Below are positions 8,601 to 16,147 of a stretch of DNA of 64,000 nucleotides, one piece after another; positions within the stretch are counted from its first letter, which is position 1; each line of letters opens with the position of its first letter. The position numbers and the translations under genes were made by a program. The DNA is taken from positions 103,482-167,481 of the IMG/VR virus record IMGVR_UViG_3300031788_000002; one strand, given 5' to 3'. The notes under the pieces were generated by a model that searched no databases, was not told the origin of the DNA, and saw nothing but the letters and a program-made list of their open reading frames with translations. This DNA comes from a virus.

Positions 8601-10152
8601 TGACGCCGAGCGAGAACAGCATGTGGTCAACACCTGGCACGATGCAACGGACCAGATGCTGAAAGAGCATGATACGAAGATGACGGCCAATCCCAATAAC
8701 CTGTACCTGATGCAGCAAGCGGGTGTGAAGCCGGGGCCTATTCAATACCGGCAGCTTCGCCTGGCCCCGATGCTCATGGTGGACAGCCAGAACCGTGTGA
8801 TTTCGACGCCGGTAACGAAGAGTTACTCCGAGGGGTTGGACGTGAGCTCCTACTGGACGCAGATGGCCGGTGCGCGCCGAGGATCAGTACTCAAAGTTCA
8901 AGAGGTGCGCGAACCGGGGTACTTTACGAAGAAGCTCATCAACGTAACGATGGGCCTACAGGTTACGAAGCATGATTGCGGTACGGATAACGGGCTGCAC
9001 TTGCCTATCCACTCCCAGGATATCTTTGACCGTACTCTGGCACAGGAACACACCATTGGGGGTGTGACGTACGCGAAGGACACGGTGATTACGCCGCAGG
9101 TAGCGTCCACAATCAAAGCCGCGGATAAGAACGCAACTTTGTTGGTCCGCTCAACATTGAAGTGCGACAACGGAACCGGCGTTTGTCAGAAGTGCGCGGG
9201 CCTGGCGCCCGATGGGCAGCATTATTCCTTGGGAACGAACGTTGGGATTTTGGCTACGCAAGCTCTTGGGGAACGCGCTACTCAGCTCACGCTCAAAGCT
9301 TTTCATGGAGGCGGTGTAGCGGAGCGTGGCGCAAACTTGGTCAACGATTTTATTCGCGTCCAGCAGTTGACGTCTCTGCCCAAGGAAATCCCGAACGCGG
9401 CGCGTTTGGCTGCGAAGGATGGTGTGGTTGAGAAAATTGAAGAAGATCCCACGGGTCACGTGGCGTGGATTGGTGGCGTCAAGCACCACATCGCCAACGA
9501 TGATCAGGGTAACCCGCTCTTCAAACCGCTCCCTGGGCAGACCGAGTCCACCTTACCCGGGGGCACGAAGTGGACGGGGTTGCAAGTCGGTATGAAGGTG
9601 CGCGCGGGAGACCCTTTGACGGATCCGGCGCGCACCTATGTCAATCCCCATGACTTGTACGCCGTCACGGGAAGTATGGCTCAAGTGCAAAACCACTTGG
9701 TGACGGAGCTGCATGACATTTACGGTCGCGAGGGCGTTCGCCGTCAGAACACGGAGACTGTGGTGCGCGCCCTTAGCGACCTGACCCGTGTCATTAACCC
9801 CGGGGATCATGAAACCATGATCAAGGGACAGTACGCGTCGCGTGCCAAAGTGCAAGAAGCCAACCGACAGCTTATAGCGCAGGGTCTTCAGCCGATTCAG
9901 CACACGCCGATTATGAAAGGTATCAGCGTGATGCCCCTTGAGGTACAAGAGGATTGGATGGCCAAGTTGAACCATGAGCGCTTGCGGGATCCAGCGCAGG
10001 GACTGCCCGCGAGTGCCGCCCTCGGGGCTTCCTCTGATCTGCACGGGAACAACCCGGTAGCAGGCATGGCTTACGGAGCCGAGTTTGGAATGACCAACGT
10101 CAACGTCTTCGACAAGCCGCACCTTAAAGACGTCGCGTCCCACGCATACTGA
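2605..10152 (+). CDS. rpoBC: DNA-directed RNA polymerase, fused beta-beta' single polypeptide, intein-containing
   Basis: Beta motifs: TPEG; LIPFL..N.GNRA; GQLALGKNLLVAY.PFKGHNFED; GDKM/SGRHGNKGV; VLNPSGVPGRMNMGQVLE; GGQSMG. Beta' motifs: LPVIPP.MRP; VLLKRDPVLH; ADFDGD (Mg2+ site, TADFDGD at 7918-7938); bridge helix GARRG...PGYFTKKL; Zn site DCGT...C...CQKC; trigger loop QALGERATQLTLKAFHGGG. Confidence 0.96.
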   Translation: MAYLNPKEAFADLKQNVIEGLQAHFPITGSKQSIHLEGVDVREHARDFNDLTEQHKAKVEGRSWTVPVFGALALKNNQTGEVLDRKSIQLADLPYMTQRHAYIVDGREYQVDNQWRLKPGVYTRRKEDGELKSQFNVQGKRPFDITLDPETKVFSMIRGDSKNIPVYPLMKELGVDDDTLQASWGKEVLAANRGARAAGTALERFYKADKKRAPTSTEEARQHFIDTMEGSKIRPEVTQITLGKPYDHVNGNLLHDVTTKMIGVQRGEIPEDERDSLVFKDLHTVADFAKKGLTDWKTKKALQARTARKINTATSIRQVIHGNMFSRPVKATFTENALARTADQVNPVEMLTSSFQTTIMGPGGIQSDNAISESAKLINPSQIGFLDSIHTPEGSKTGVTLHLPMGVIKRGNTPLIPVYNLRTQQMDHIDPVTYHKSVVMMPDQVTWNKSTPIPVGKRVMVSQKGNELVEADASSADYVMRSPSQLFSMTSNLIPFLGNNSGNRASYATHHIEQAISLHDRDAPLVQSGTGRATGVRTFEEFMGRQSAHIAPTAGTVTKVTADAITVQDKEGKDHHVTIYNNFPLNDPKAVLHSTPAVKEGDAVTPGQLLADNNFTRNGQLALGKNLLVAYIPFKGHNFEDGIAISQTAAAKMASEHMHKPSITLGPDAITGLAKYKALHPTSFETQQLEHLDDAGVVRVGQTVRTGDPLVVASRPFDSKGSYSLSKIRKSLSSQTLDSSLTWKSEHPGEVVGIHRDEEGNVTVHVRTVEPMQVGDKMCYDEETEMLTARGWLPVADVTCADEVCSRVDGHIVYQSPDAVFAYPTGGRMYRIKSRQVDLLVTDKHDMFVKERGASDFLLTPAATLFGRRIRYAKSGLWQGHDPEYIAFPALCVRAGQYGNGSRMLPEVRLPVSVYCMLLGAYVSNGHTFDQPGDYGIAIDKATGPQFEELCRALTEANIAFSRTNGATCSRVTIHSKQWLEHFRVLGRARVKYIPEHIFSFSRDSLCILFKWLMWGNSSSMMTGRPVAYFTSSKRLADDVQRLALHVGYAGNVRIHAEEGWQTIKGKPSWCARSYEVRIVTTKLEPQVNNGHVKKQRAQEEYFVENYTKPVYCVRVPGHVVYVRRNGKAVWSGNSGRHGNKGVITTILPDKEMPHTADGRPIEVVLNPSGVPGRMNMGQVLETAAGKIAEKTGQTYIVNNFEHGVDQLDRVKKALKEHGLTDTEEVIDPVSGQSLGKALVGPQHLLKLNFQIDKKVSVRSGMPLEGAEPEHYDADTLIPAQGGKTGGQSMGNLGLYGMLAHGAKHNIREMQTWKSEGADRKERWDSLHNEVWRAIQTGETPPPPKKTFAFQKFEDMLTAAGINVTKRGHTLQLTPLTNQQILAQSAGALPNPGYSVISKKGKAGDEPVARKGGVFDPAITGGHGGQNWSHIVLPEPVPNPVFEHAIQRVLGLKEGQYADIVNGEAAVKDGKVVPLGTEGSKAGGAAIAHMLGELDVKEELKKAKDALDKLKVPANLAHRDVTPKLDQLSKQVRYLSTLDKAGIHPKDAYVLENLPVIPPIMRPASFLPNGNVHEADLNSLYTRAGQLASAMQSPNYKYLSDHDKKEDRFNLYDSVKALMGVGEDWATRGKQGKGVLLQIAGSAPKEGYFQNTLLSRRQDMTMRATITPDASMGLDQVGLPEKKALDLFRPFVVNKLQEIGAASTPREAHALLSEPGKKDPAVYQALDKVMAERPVLLKRDPVLHKHGVQAFWPQRVPGKAIQIHPLTTGGFTADFDGDTMALYVPIGRDAVEEAKGMVPSRNVYNEASGKVIYQPSLEASLGLFKLSRVTGDSGKTFDSHAALLKAAQAGKLTVTETATVDGKPTTAGRILLASAVPESMQHDMLHNMNLSLNKKGTDRVYTQIAKEHKAAFADSAVKLMRLGYDAAFGVLKIPNPATQGTAAAVEKDGEHPKDNVQYLPMGTHSLSLNDFTPDKATRDPIVAAATKKVEQINARTDLSDAEREQHVVNTWHDATDQMLKEHDTKMTANPNNLYLMQQAGVKPGPIQYRQLRLAPMLMVDSQNRVISTPVTKSYSEGLDVSSYWTQMAGARRGSVLKVQEVREPGYFTKKLINVTMGLQVTKHDCGTDNGLHLPIHSQDIFDRTLAQEHTIGGVTYAKDTVITPQVASTIKAADKNATLLVRSTLKCDNGTGVCQKCAGLAPDGQHYSLGTNVGILATQALGERATQLTLKAFHGGGVAERGANLVNDFIRVQQLTSLPKEIPNAARLAAKDGVVEKIEEDPTGHVAWIGGVKHHIANDDQGNPLFKPLPGQTESTLPGGTKWTGLQVGMKVRAGDPLTDPARTYVNPHDLYAVTGSMAQVQNHLVTELHDIYGREGVRRQNTETVVRALSDLTRVINPGDHETMIKGQYASRAKVQEANRQLIAQGLQPIQHTPIMKGISVMPLEVQEDWMAKLNHERLRDPAQGLPASAALGASSDLHGNNPVAGMAYGAEFGMTNVNVFDKPHLKDVASHAY
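4939..6006 (+). mobile_element. intein (356 aa) with degenerate LAGLIDADG endonuclease domain
   Basis: Begins CYDEETEMLTARGW (block A), has VTDKHDM (block B TxxH) and ends VYCVRVPGHVVYVRRNGKAVWSGN followed by Ser+1. Removal restores GDKM-SGRHGNKG. Confidence 0.93.
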
Positions 10153-11432
10153 TGGGCCGCTACATCACCGATCCCCATACGGATGCGCGTACGCCGCTCG
10201 AGCGTACCAGCATGCGCAGTTCGTGGACGCAGCCCCACGGGGCTTCGCCCGCGTTTATTCACGAATCTCGCGTCTTAGACTTTAATTTGGCCACCTGGAC
10301 CGTCGATGTACGCTCTCAGTTTGACCAGAAGTTCTACCCGAACATTCAGGTTGCGGGCCCTTACCTTCATCCTAATCGCGGAGAAGGTTGGTCGGTTGTT
10401 CCCGAAGTGAACGCAAAGTGCGTGGTATGTTTACCCAGTGACGGGCCCCCGCCTTTTGTGCTGGCTTTCATCATGCCTATGGAGACCCCCGAGGATCCCT
10501 CCTCGAGCGCTGCGGCAGAAGACGCAGCGGATACCACAGGTACTAACCAGGGTGCGGTTTTCTCTGGAGGTCGTGCACGGGGTAAGCCCGGGGACATGAT
10601 ATGGCAAGGGCGGGACGGCAACTTCGTGATTATGCATCGCGGGGGCGTTCTCCAGGTGGGGTCGACGGAGCTCGCCCAGCGCATTTACATACCGCTCGGC
10701 AATATCATTACGGACATCAGTCAAAACTACGAGCATCACAATACTGGGGGTTCCATTAACTGGGGACTGTCCACAAGCTACACCGACGATAATCCTCAGA
10801 CCGAGTTTCGTCAGACGTTCCGGTTGTTTGCCAACGATGCCCAGGCGGATCTACGCATTGCTGTTGGGCAAGTGCATCAGCCTGTTCCAGAACCTTCGGG
10901 GGATGCAGGCGAGACCTCGAACAACACGGCGATGGGTGTAGGGGCCGACACTATCGTTGCTGAGTTCGTGATCGCACCGGCCGGCTTCAACGTGGAAGCG
11001 GGTTCGCCGGTGAGCGGCGTAGAGAACCTGACCAAGTTGAAGATGTTTTTTGACCGGTCAGGGTCTGGGTTCTTGCGCGCTGAAGCAAGCGTCAACATCC
11101 GCGTCAAAAATCAACTTCGTATTACGGCAGATCAGGGGATGACGCTGACCTCGGGTAAGTCACTGCAATTGCAGGCGACAGAAAATCTACGGTTGGTGGG
11201 AAGTACTGGGGTTCAGATTACGTCGGATAAGGGCGCGGTAACCATTAACGGAGGGGACACCCCCGTGGCCACCGTCGGCTCAGCGGTGAGCATTGTTATC
11301 GCAACGCCCGTACCTATTATCCTGAGCGCACCCGTACCGGGGACGCCAGGTGTCATCTCAGCGGGCGCGATGTTCACCGGCTTTATCACCAACGGATCCA
11401 GCACGGTGTTGGTCCCGGGGCCGCAAGGCTAA
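10152..11432 (+). CDS. baseplate spike / gpV-gp5-like protein
   Basis: N-terminal OB-fold-like segment (RVLDFNLATWTVDV...GEGWSVVPEVNAKCVV) and C-terminal short beta repeats (ITADQGMTLTSGKSLQLQATENLRLVG); TGATG overlap with RNAP. Confidence 0.65.
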   Translation: MGRYITDPHTDARTPLERTSMRSSWTQPHGASPAFIHESRVLDFNLATWTVDVRSQFDQKFYPNIQVAGPYLHPNRGEGWSVVPEVNAKCVVCLPSDGPPPFVLAFIMPMETPEDPSSSAAAEDAADTTGTNQGAVFSGGRARGKPGDMIWQGRDGNFVIMHRGGVLQVGSTELAQRIYIPLGNIITDISQNYEHHNTGGSINWGLSTSYTDDNPQTEFRQTFRLFANDAQADLRIAVGQVHQPVPEPSGDAGETSNNTAMGVGADTIVAEFVIAPAGFNVEAGSPVSGVENLTKLKMFFDRSGSGFLRAEASVNIRVKNQLRITADQGMTLTSGKSLQLQATENLRLVGSTGVQITSDKGAVTINGGDTPVATVGSAVSIVIATPVPIILSAPVPGTPGVISAGAMFTGFITNGSSTVLVPGPQG

Positions 11433-11435
11433 GCG

Positions 11436-12068
11436 ATGGCTCTGGGTGCGCTCAAAAGCGGTACGTTGGGCGGCTTCAACGTGGGCCTCGCGGTGGCGGT
11501 TGGGTTTTTGGTACCTCTTGGCATCCAAATCGACGCGCTCATCGCGGCGGGCCTAGGCCCCTTTCAGCTCGACATCAGCGCGCGCCTCATGGCGACGCTG
11601 TCCATGTCGGTGGGCCTGAGCATTCAGGTGGGTAACCCCTTCGCTGGGATTCAAGCGGTGCTCATGGCGCTCGCCAACATTCAAGTGGCGTTGTCCCTAG
11701 CCCTCGAATTTCCTATCCCCTCAATTCAAATTGGTGTGCAGCTCAGCGCTTCCATCGCGTTGGCGGGCACGCTGTCGATTCAGCTGGGGGGCTTGCAATT
11801 GGCTATTCAGCTGGCTCTCGCGATCAAAATCCCTGCGCTACGTGCTACGGCGCAACTCGCCGCCAGTTTAAACGCCGGCCCCGTATTCGCGTTTACCTTC
11901 GCCGGGGATTCCTTGGCGACCACGGGCACGGAGGTGAACGGCTTATTTGCCGGGGGTCTTATTGACGGTACCAACGTCATTCAGCCTAGCGATCCCGTTT
12001 TTGGTATCGTGCTGCTAAGCGCAGCGCCTTCAGTTCAAGCATCGTTCGATGTACTCTTTCAGGTATAG
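11436..12068 (+). CDS. very hydrophobic virion-associated protein
   Basis: Nearly uncharged Ala/Leu/Ile/Gln-rich 210 aa directly after the spike gene. Confidence 0.65.
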   Translation: MALGALKSGTLGGFNVGLAVAVGFLVPLGIQIDALIAAGLGPFQLDISARLMATLSMSVGLSIQVGNPFAGIQAVLMALANIQVALSLALEFPIPSIQIGVQLSASIALAGTLSIQLGGLQLAIQLALAIKIPALRATAQLAASLNAGPVFAFTFAGDSLATTGTEVNGLFAGGLIDGTNVIQPSDPVFGIVLLSAAPSVQASFDVLFQV

Positions 12069-12073
12069 AAACC

Positions 12074-14401
12074 ATGATGCAGCCTCTTTTCTACGCCCCC
12101 GAAGTGTTCATCGAGAAAAGCGCGGGCGAGGTCGATCTTCCAGACGATCCGAATCAGTGGCCGCAACAGATTCTTCAAGAGCTCTACAAGCAAGTCCCCT
12201 ACATTACCGATTACCAACCCCATGTGCGCATGGCGAGCGTGGACGCGGAACGGGGGTACGGGCTAGGGCACGTCGAGATCCAGAACCAAACAGAAGCCCC
12301 GATGGATACGCCGCAGGATCAATTGGATTCGGCGGGCATCCGTACGGTGCGCATCCCCTTCATCATCCGGGAAAAGAAGCTCAGCCCCTTCGACTTGCTG
12401 ATCAATGATACCGGCGCGACCATCCCGCTGACGGAAAACCGGCTGCGTCAGGCGCTCTTTCGGCCCCAGGCATTTGACGTCACCAGCCGAACGCCGGGGG
12501 ATCAGAGCATGATTGGTCAGCTCTACCCACCCTACCGTCAGAACTACGGGTTTGGTGGGGGCGGCATCGCGATGAACGCGGCCGGCGGGATGGGCATTGG
12601 CAAGGTGGGCATGAAGCTCGCGGCCGCGGACGAAGCGTCCAGTGCCTTCGAAGCGTTCATTCTGAGCGCTGCGGAGAAGGACGCGAACGTCCTCACACAA
12701 TCAGCGCGCGAGCACATCAAGCCGAAGAACTTTGCAATCCCGAAGGGCGAAGGCCCCGGCGGTACAGGCAAGTACCCTATCGAGAACGCGACCCATGCGA
12801 AGGCTGCGCTGTCGATGGTCGGCGCTCACGGCTCACCCGCGGAGAAGACCAGGGTCTATTCGGCGGTGGCCAAGAAGTATCCGGGGATTGCCGCGAGGTC
12901 GTTGGTGCCTGCGGTCAAAGTGGATGCAAAAAAAGAAGCCTCGGTGCTGCTTGCCATCCTCCCCACCTTGGACGGTTTCGATGCGGAGCATGCCGCAAAC
13001 GAAGTAAATGCCCTAGGCCCCAACGCATTTTCTCGGATCAAGGTAGCGTCCTCTCGTTTCTACGACGCGCTGCGACTGGTACTTGCCGCGCAGGAGCAGA
13101 CGAAGCACGCGGCGTGGGAGCAGTGGCTCAAGCCCGACGTGGTCCAAGTGCAAAAAGCCGTGGAGGGCTACAAGGTAAAGACGGCGAGCCGCCGGTACTG
13201 GGATCCGCAAGAAGCGTTGATGAATCGCGGGGACGTGGTGCGGAGCTTCGGGACCAAGGTGGCCATGCAGGCGGATCTGACCGGTTGCTGCACACTAGGT
13301 ACGAACCTGCAGAAGACGGCGGAGGACGCACCCGCGACGGCATCGGTGGTGACCAAGCCCGGGATGTACAAGGTCATGGACAGCGGGGGCAAAGAGCAAT
13401 TGGGGTACGTGGTGCCTCAGCTGGTCGATGTGCATGGATCCGAGATTCCGATCGCCTTGTTCACCAACGGCAGCACGGTCGCGGTGCAGAGCGACATTCA
13501 TGGCGTACCTGCGGGGGGCGCCAACGTGAGCTTGCCTTCGGGGCCCATTGGGCAGCACGGCACGTTTTACACCGAGCGCGACGGGGGCGTTCGTATGACG
13601 GTGCCCTTCGATTTGCAGGACTCGGTGACGCAAGGCGATCAACCCCGAGTGTACAACGGCACGACGTTCGGGGGCGACAAGGTCACGCTGTCCGTGCAGC
13701 CCAACCTGGTCGACGTGACCCCCGTGGACAACGGCCGGGTGTTGATCCCCGCGGAGTGGAAGTGGCTGCCCCTTGATGGCGCCGATCACATTTCGCTCTT
13801 GAGCAGTGAGGAAGCCACGGCAGCCAACCCCGAGAGCAAGCTGGCGCACGTTGAGGTGGTCTCCGACGGAATGTCCTTTACTCTGCGGGGGACGCCTCTG
13901 ACCAAGATCGCGACGGAGCAGCGCAGCTTCTTGTCCCTGGATGACGCGATCTTTCTCCTCGCGGGGCTTGGGGTGGAGATGAATTACGCCGCGGAGAAGC
14001 TGGCCGCGGCGGTGGCCTTCAGCCGGCCGGAGCCGATCAAGGTGGCGTGCTTGGTTGCTCCGAAGGGCGATCAGATGAAGCAGGCCCTCGAGAAGGCGGC
14101 TGGAATTGTGGGTGCCATAGCCGGTTTCAAACAGCCGCTCCTTCTCAAAGAAGCGGCGAGCTTCCCCGATCCGCAGATGGTTGACACGGTCTTGAGCCTC
14201 GGGTTCATCAATCCCGAGAACATCATGACCTTTGTTAGCTACCTTCCGGACATCGAAGACGTGCAGACGAAGATGTGTGAGTTGCTCTTCGCCGTGCGCT
14301 GCGGTCTCTCGAACGTGCCGCAGTCGGCACTCGAGCGCGCAGTGCGGTCGACGGAAGAGGTCATTGAGGGTCTCAAGATCCTCGGTTTCCAAGGTTCCTA
14401 A
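12074..14401 (+). CDS. large head-associated protein with K-x-A motifs and a DUF6582-like domain
   Basis: 775 aa; REHIKPKNFAIP...KYPIENATHAKAALS segment; many KxA sites. Confidence 0.75.
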   Translation: MMQPLFYAPEVFIEKSAGEVDLPDDPNQWPQQILQELYKQVPYITDYQPHVRMASVDAERGYGLGHVEIQNQTEAPMDTPQDQLDSAGIRTVRIPFIIREKKLSPFDLLINDTGATIPLTENRLRQALFRPQAFDVTSRTPGDQSMIGQLYPPYRQNYGFGGGGIAMNAAGGMGIGKVGMKLAAADEASSAFEAFILSAAEKDANVLTQSAREHIKPKNFAIPKGEGPGGTGKYPIENATHAKAALSMVGAHGSPAEKTRVYSAVAKKYPGIAARSLVPAVKVDAKKEASVLLAILPTLDGFDAEHAANEVNALGPNAFSRIKVASSRFYDALRLVLAAQEQTKHAAWEQWLKPDVVQVQKAVEGYKVKTASRRYWDPQEALMNRGDVVRSFGTKVAMQADLTGCCTLGTNLQKTAEDAPATASVVTKPGMYKVMDSGGKEQLGYVVPQLVDVHGSEIPIALFTNGSTVAVQSDIHGVPAGGANVSLPSGPIGQHGTFYTERDGGVRMTVPFDLQDSVTQGDQPRVYNGTTFGGDKVTLSVQPNLVDVTPVDNGRVLIPAEWKWLPLDGADHISLLSSEEATAANPESKLAHVEVVSDGMSFTLRGTPLTKIATEQRSFLSLDDAIFLLAGLGVEMNYAAEKLAAAVAFSRPEPIKVACLVAPKGDQMKQALEKAAGIVGAIAGFKQPLLLKEAASFPDPQMVDTVLSLGFINPENIMTFVSYLPDIEDVQTKMCELLFAVRCGLSNVPQSALERAVRSTEEVIEGLKILGFQGS

Positions 14402-14414
14402 ATCAGGAGCTAAC

Positions 14415-14457
14415 GTTCGTGCTCCGAGCCCCGCCACCGGCGGCGTGGAGCACGAAC
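14415..14457. other. intergenic stem-loop
   Basis: GTTCGTGCTCC...GGAGCACGAAC 11-bp stem with inner CCGCC/GGCGG stem. Confidence 0.6.
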
Positions 14458-14477
14458 ACCAATTCACCTCTTTCGCA

Positions 14478-14486
14478 GTGTAGACT
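14478..14486 (+). promoter_or_regulatory. -10-like element (gtgTAGACT) 6 nt before GTG
   Basis: Leaderless-type spacing shared with 27069 and 44585. Confidence 0.45.
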
Positions 14487-14492
14487 GCCCAG

Positions 14493-15428
14493 GTGATTCG
14501 AAGAAGCCCCGCGGAGTACTACATCAAGTACCTCATGCTGCTACCCGACAAGCTGTCGGACGCCGACATTGTTCGGACCTTGAGGGAACACCAACTGGAT
14601 TACCCAGGAGCGAGTTACTTGACGAAGCTGCGCGCGGGCTTGCGCCCGCCGACGCCCTTTCGTCCGCTGATGGCGAGCGATGTCCCTTCCTACCGCTTTT
14701 TACAGAGGCATCGGGTCCACCATCTCTTCTTCCGAAATACCTACACGTTCGAAGCGCTGGAGATGTTGACCACGCCCCGCTCGAAGGAGCTGATCGAGTC
14801 CCTCATCTTGGCGGAAGAACCCTTAATGAGCATCTGCCTTCGCTTGCGACGGTTTGGCGTTCATGTGAATCCTAAGTCGGTGGAGTACTACGAGCACTTC
14901 TTCTTCAACACGAGCCTCGTAGACCACACGGAGCTTCGCGCGCTCATATCGATTCGCGTGGAAGACATGGCGGCCGGAAGCAACCCGGATGCGGAGACCC
15001 TGGTGCGCTACAAAGCGATGCAGCGGGCTTTGTACAACGACCCGCGCTACGTAGCGGTGAACGCTGTATCCCCTCAGATCGCAGCGATGCGTCTTCAGAT
15101 GCGCCACGGCTTGATGCCAAATCGCATTGAACGAATGAAGCTAGCGCAGAGCGTTCAGCAAATGGCGATGACCGCGTTGTCCGACACGTTGCAGCGAGGG
15201 GGTCCGGAGTACACCACGCAGGCGCGGGATCTTGCGTCGGTGGCAAAAGACTTGAGCACCATCATTCGTGAAGCGGGCGGGGAGAACACGCAGCTCAACG
15301 AAAGCTTGCAGCGAATTGCGCTCAGTAACGATACGACCGAAGTGCAGAACATCCGACAGTTGCCCGGGGGGCAATATGAAGATAGTGTCACGATCACTTC
15401 CGTTGAGGTGATGAATGACAAGCGCTGA
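14493..15428 (+). CDS. hypothetical protein (helical; upstream of terminase)
   Basis: 311-aa ORF with coding-like composition. Confidence 0.7.
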   Translation: MIRRSPAEYYIKYLMLLPDKLSDADIVRTLREHQLDYPGASYLTKLRAGLRPPTPFRPLMASDVPSYRFLQRHRVHHLFFRNTYTFEALEMLTTPRSKELIESLILAEEPLMSICLRLRRFGVHVNPKSVEYYEHFFFNTSLVDHTELRALISIRVEDMAAGSNPDAETLVRYKAMQRALYNDPRYVAVNAVSPQIAAMRLQMRHGLMPNRIERMKLAQSVQQMAMTALSDTLQRGGPEYTTQARDLASVAKDLSTIIREAGGENTQLNESLQRIALSNDTTEVQNIRQLPGGQYEDSVTITSVEVMNDKR

Positions 15429-15882
15429 GCGTACGGTGCAGGTGTCGCAGGTAGATAAGGGCAATGCTGCTACCGCGTTTTCGGGTACGGGGGACATGCT
15501 TTTGCCCGCAGTGCTGTCCTTTGTATCCACGGGCTACCGCTACTTCTTAGAGGAGCACGCCCTCGTGGAGCGTGACCTCGTGGTGCATTTCTTTACGACG
15601 GAGCAGCAACAAAAAACGTGGGATGTTAATGCGCTGGAGCAATGGTGGTTGAACACATTTGCGTGCACATTGAGCGCGGTCGCCTGTGATTACTTTCAAG
15701 CGGGGCCCCCGCGCATTATGGCCAAGTACACAAAGGAAGTAGCGAGCTGGTGGTTTAAGGCGCAGGGGTTTGACCACCTTCTGGATTTGTCCGCGTTCCT
15801 TCACGTTTTCTTCGAGCGGCTTGACGAAACACTTCACGCTGAGCTTCTTGCACCTGGCGCACTTCCACCCGGTAGGGTTTAA
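15415..15882 (+). CDS. hypothetical protein
   Basis: 155-aa ORF overlapping the upstream stop; GAGGTG SD-like. Confidence 0.6.
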   Translation: MTSAERTVQVSQVDKGNAATAFSGTGDMLLPAVLSFVSTGYRYFLEEHALVERDLVVHFFTTEQQQKTWDVNALEQWWLNTFACTLSAVACDYFQAGPPRIMAKYTKEVASWWFKAQGFDHLLDLSAFLHVFFERLDETLHAELLAPGALPPGRV

Positions 15883-16147
15883 GAGCAAACTCCACGTGCT
15901 CTCTTGTGAAACGTACATGCACGGCGCGCCAGCCAAGCCCCAAAGCAACCTGTCGGATAATGGCGCGGATGGACGTGTGTAGGTCCTTGGGCAATGAGGC
16001 AATCTGAAGCTTGGCGTGGTGCTCGCGTTTCTTGTCGTCGGTATCGAGGGACCAGCCACCAGGAAAGTGAGGGCCGCCGGAGCTCAACCAGCGCCAAACT
16101 TCCTGAAGGGCCTCTTGGGGGTCGGCTGTTTCTTCTTGAGGTTCCAT
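15755..16147 (-). CDS. hypothetical protein
   Basis: 130-aa ORF filling the gap before terminase; its start shares CATG with the terminase start. Confidence 0.45.
   Translation of the reverse strand: MEPQEETADPQEALQEVWRWLSSGGPHFPGGWSLDTDDKKREHHAKLQIASLPKDLHTSIRAIIRQVALGLGWRAVHVRFTREHVEFALKPYRVEVRQVQEAQREVFRQAARRKREGTRTNPEGGQTPAP

Noticed and set aside
2605-10152. Cellular rpoBC operon
   Set aside because: No ribosomal protein or nusG neighbours; the gene is flanked by terminase, capsid and tail genes, and the motifs are diverged.
12074-14401. Portal protein
   Set aside because: Size and position fit, but no portal-like features were recognised and the many KxA sites argue for a processed internal protein.
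13295-14467. Long antisense ORFs (also 5710..6756, 30309..31610, 33801..35219, 58211..59314)
   Set aside because: These are shadow frames opposite well-supported genes in GC-rich DNA, with no recognisable motifs.
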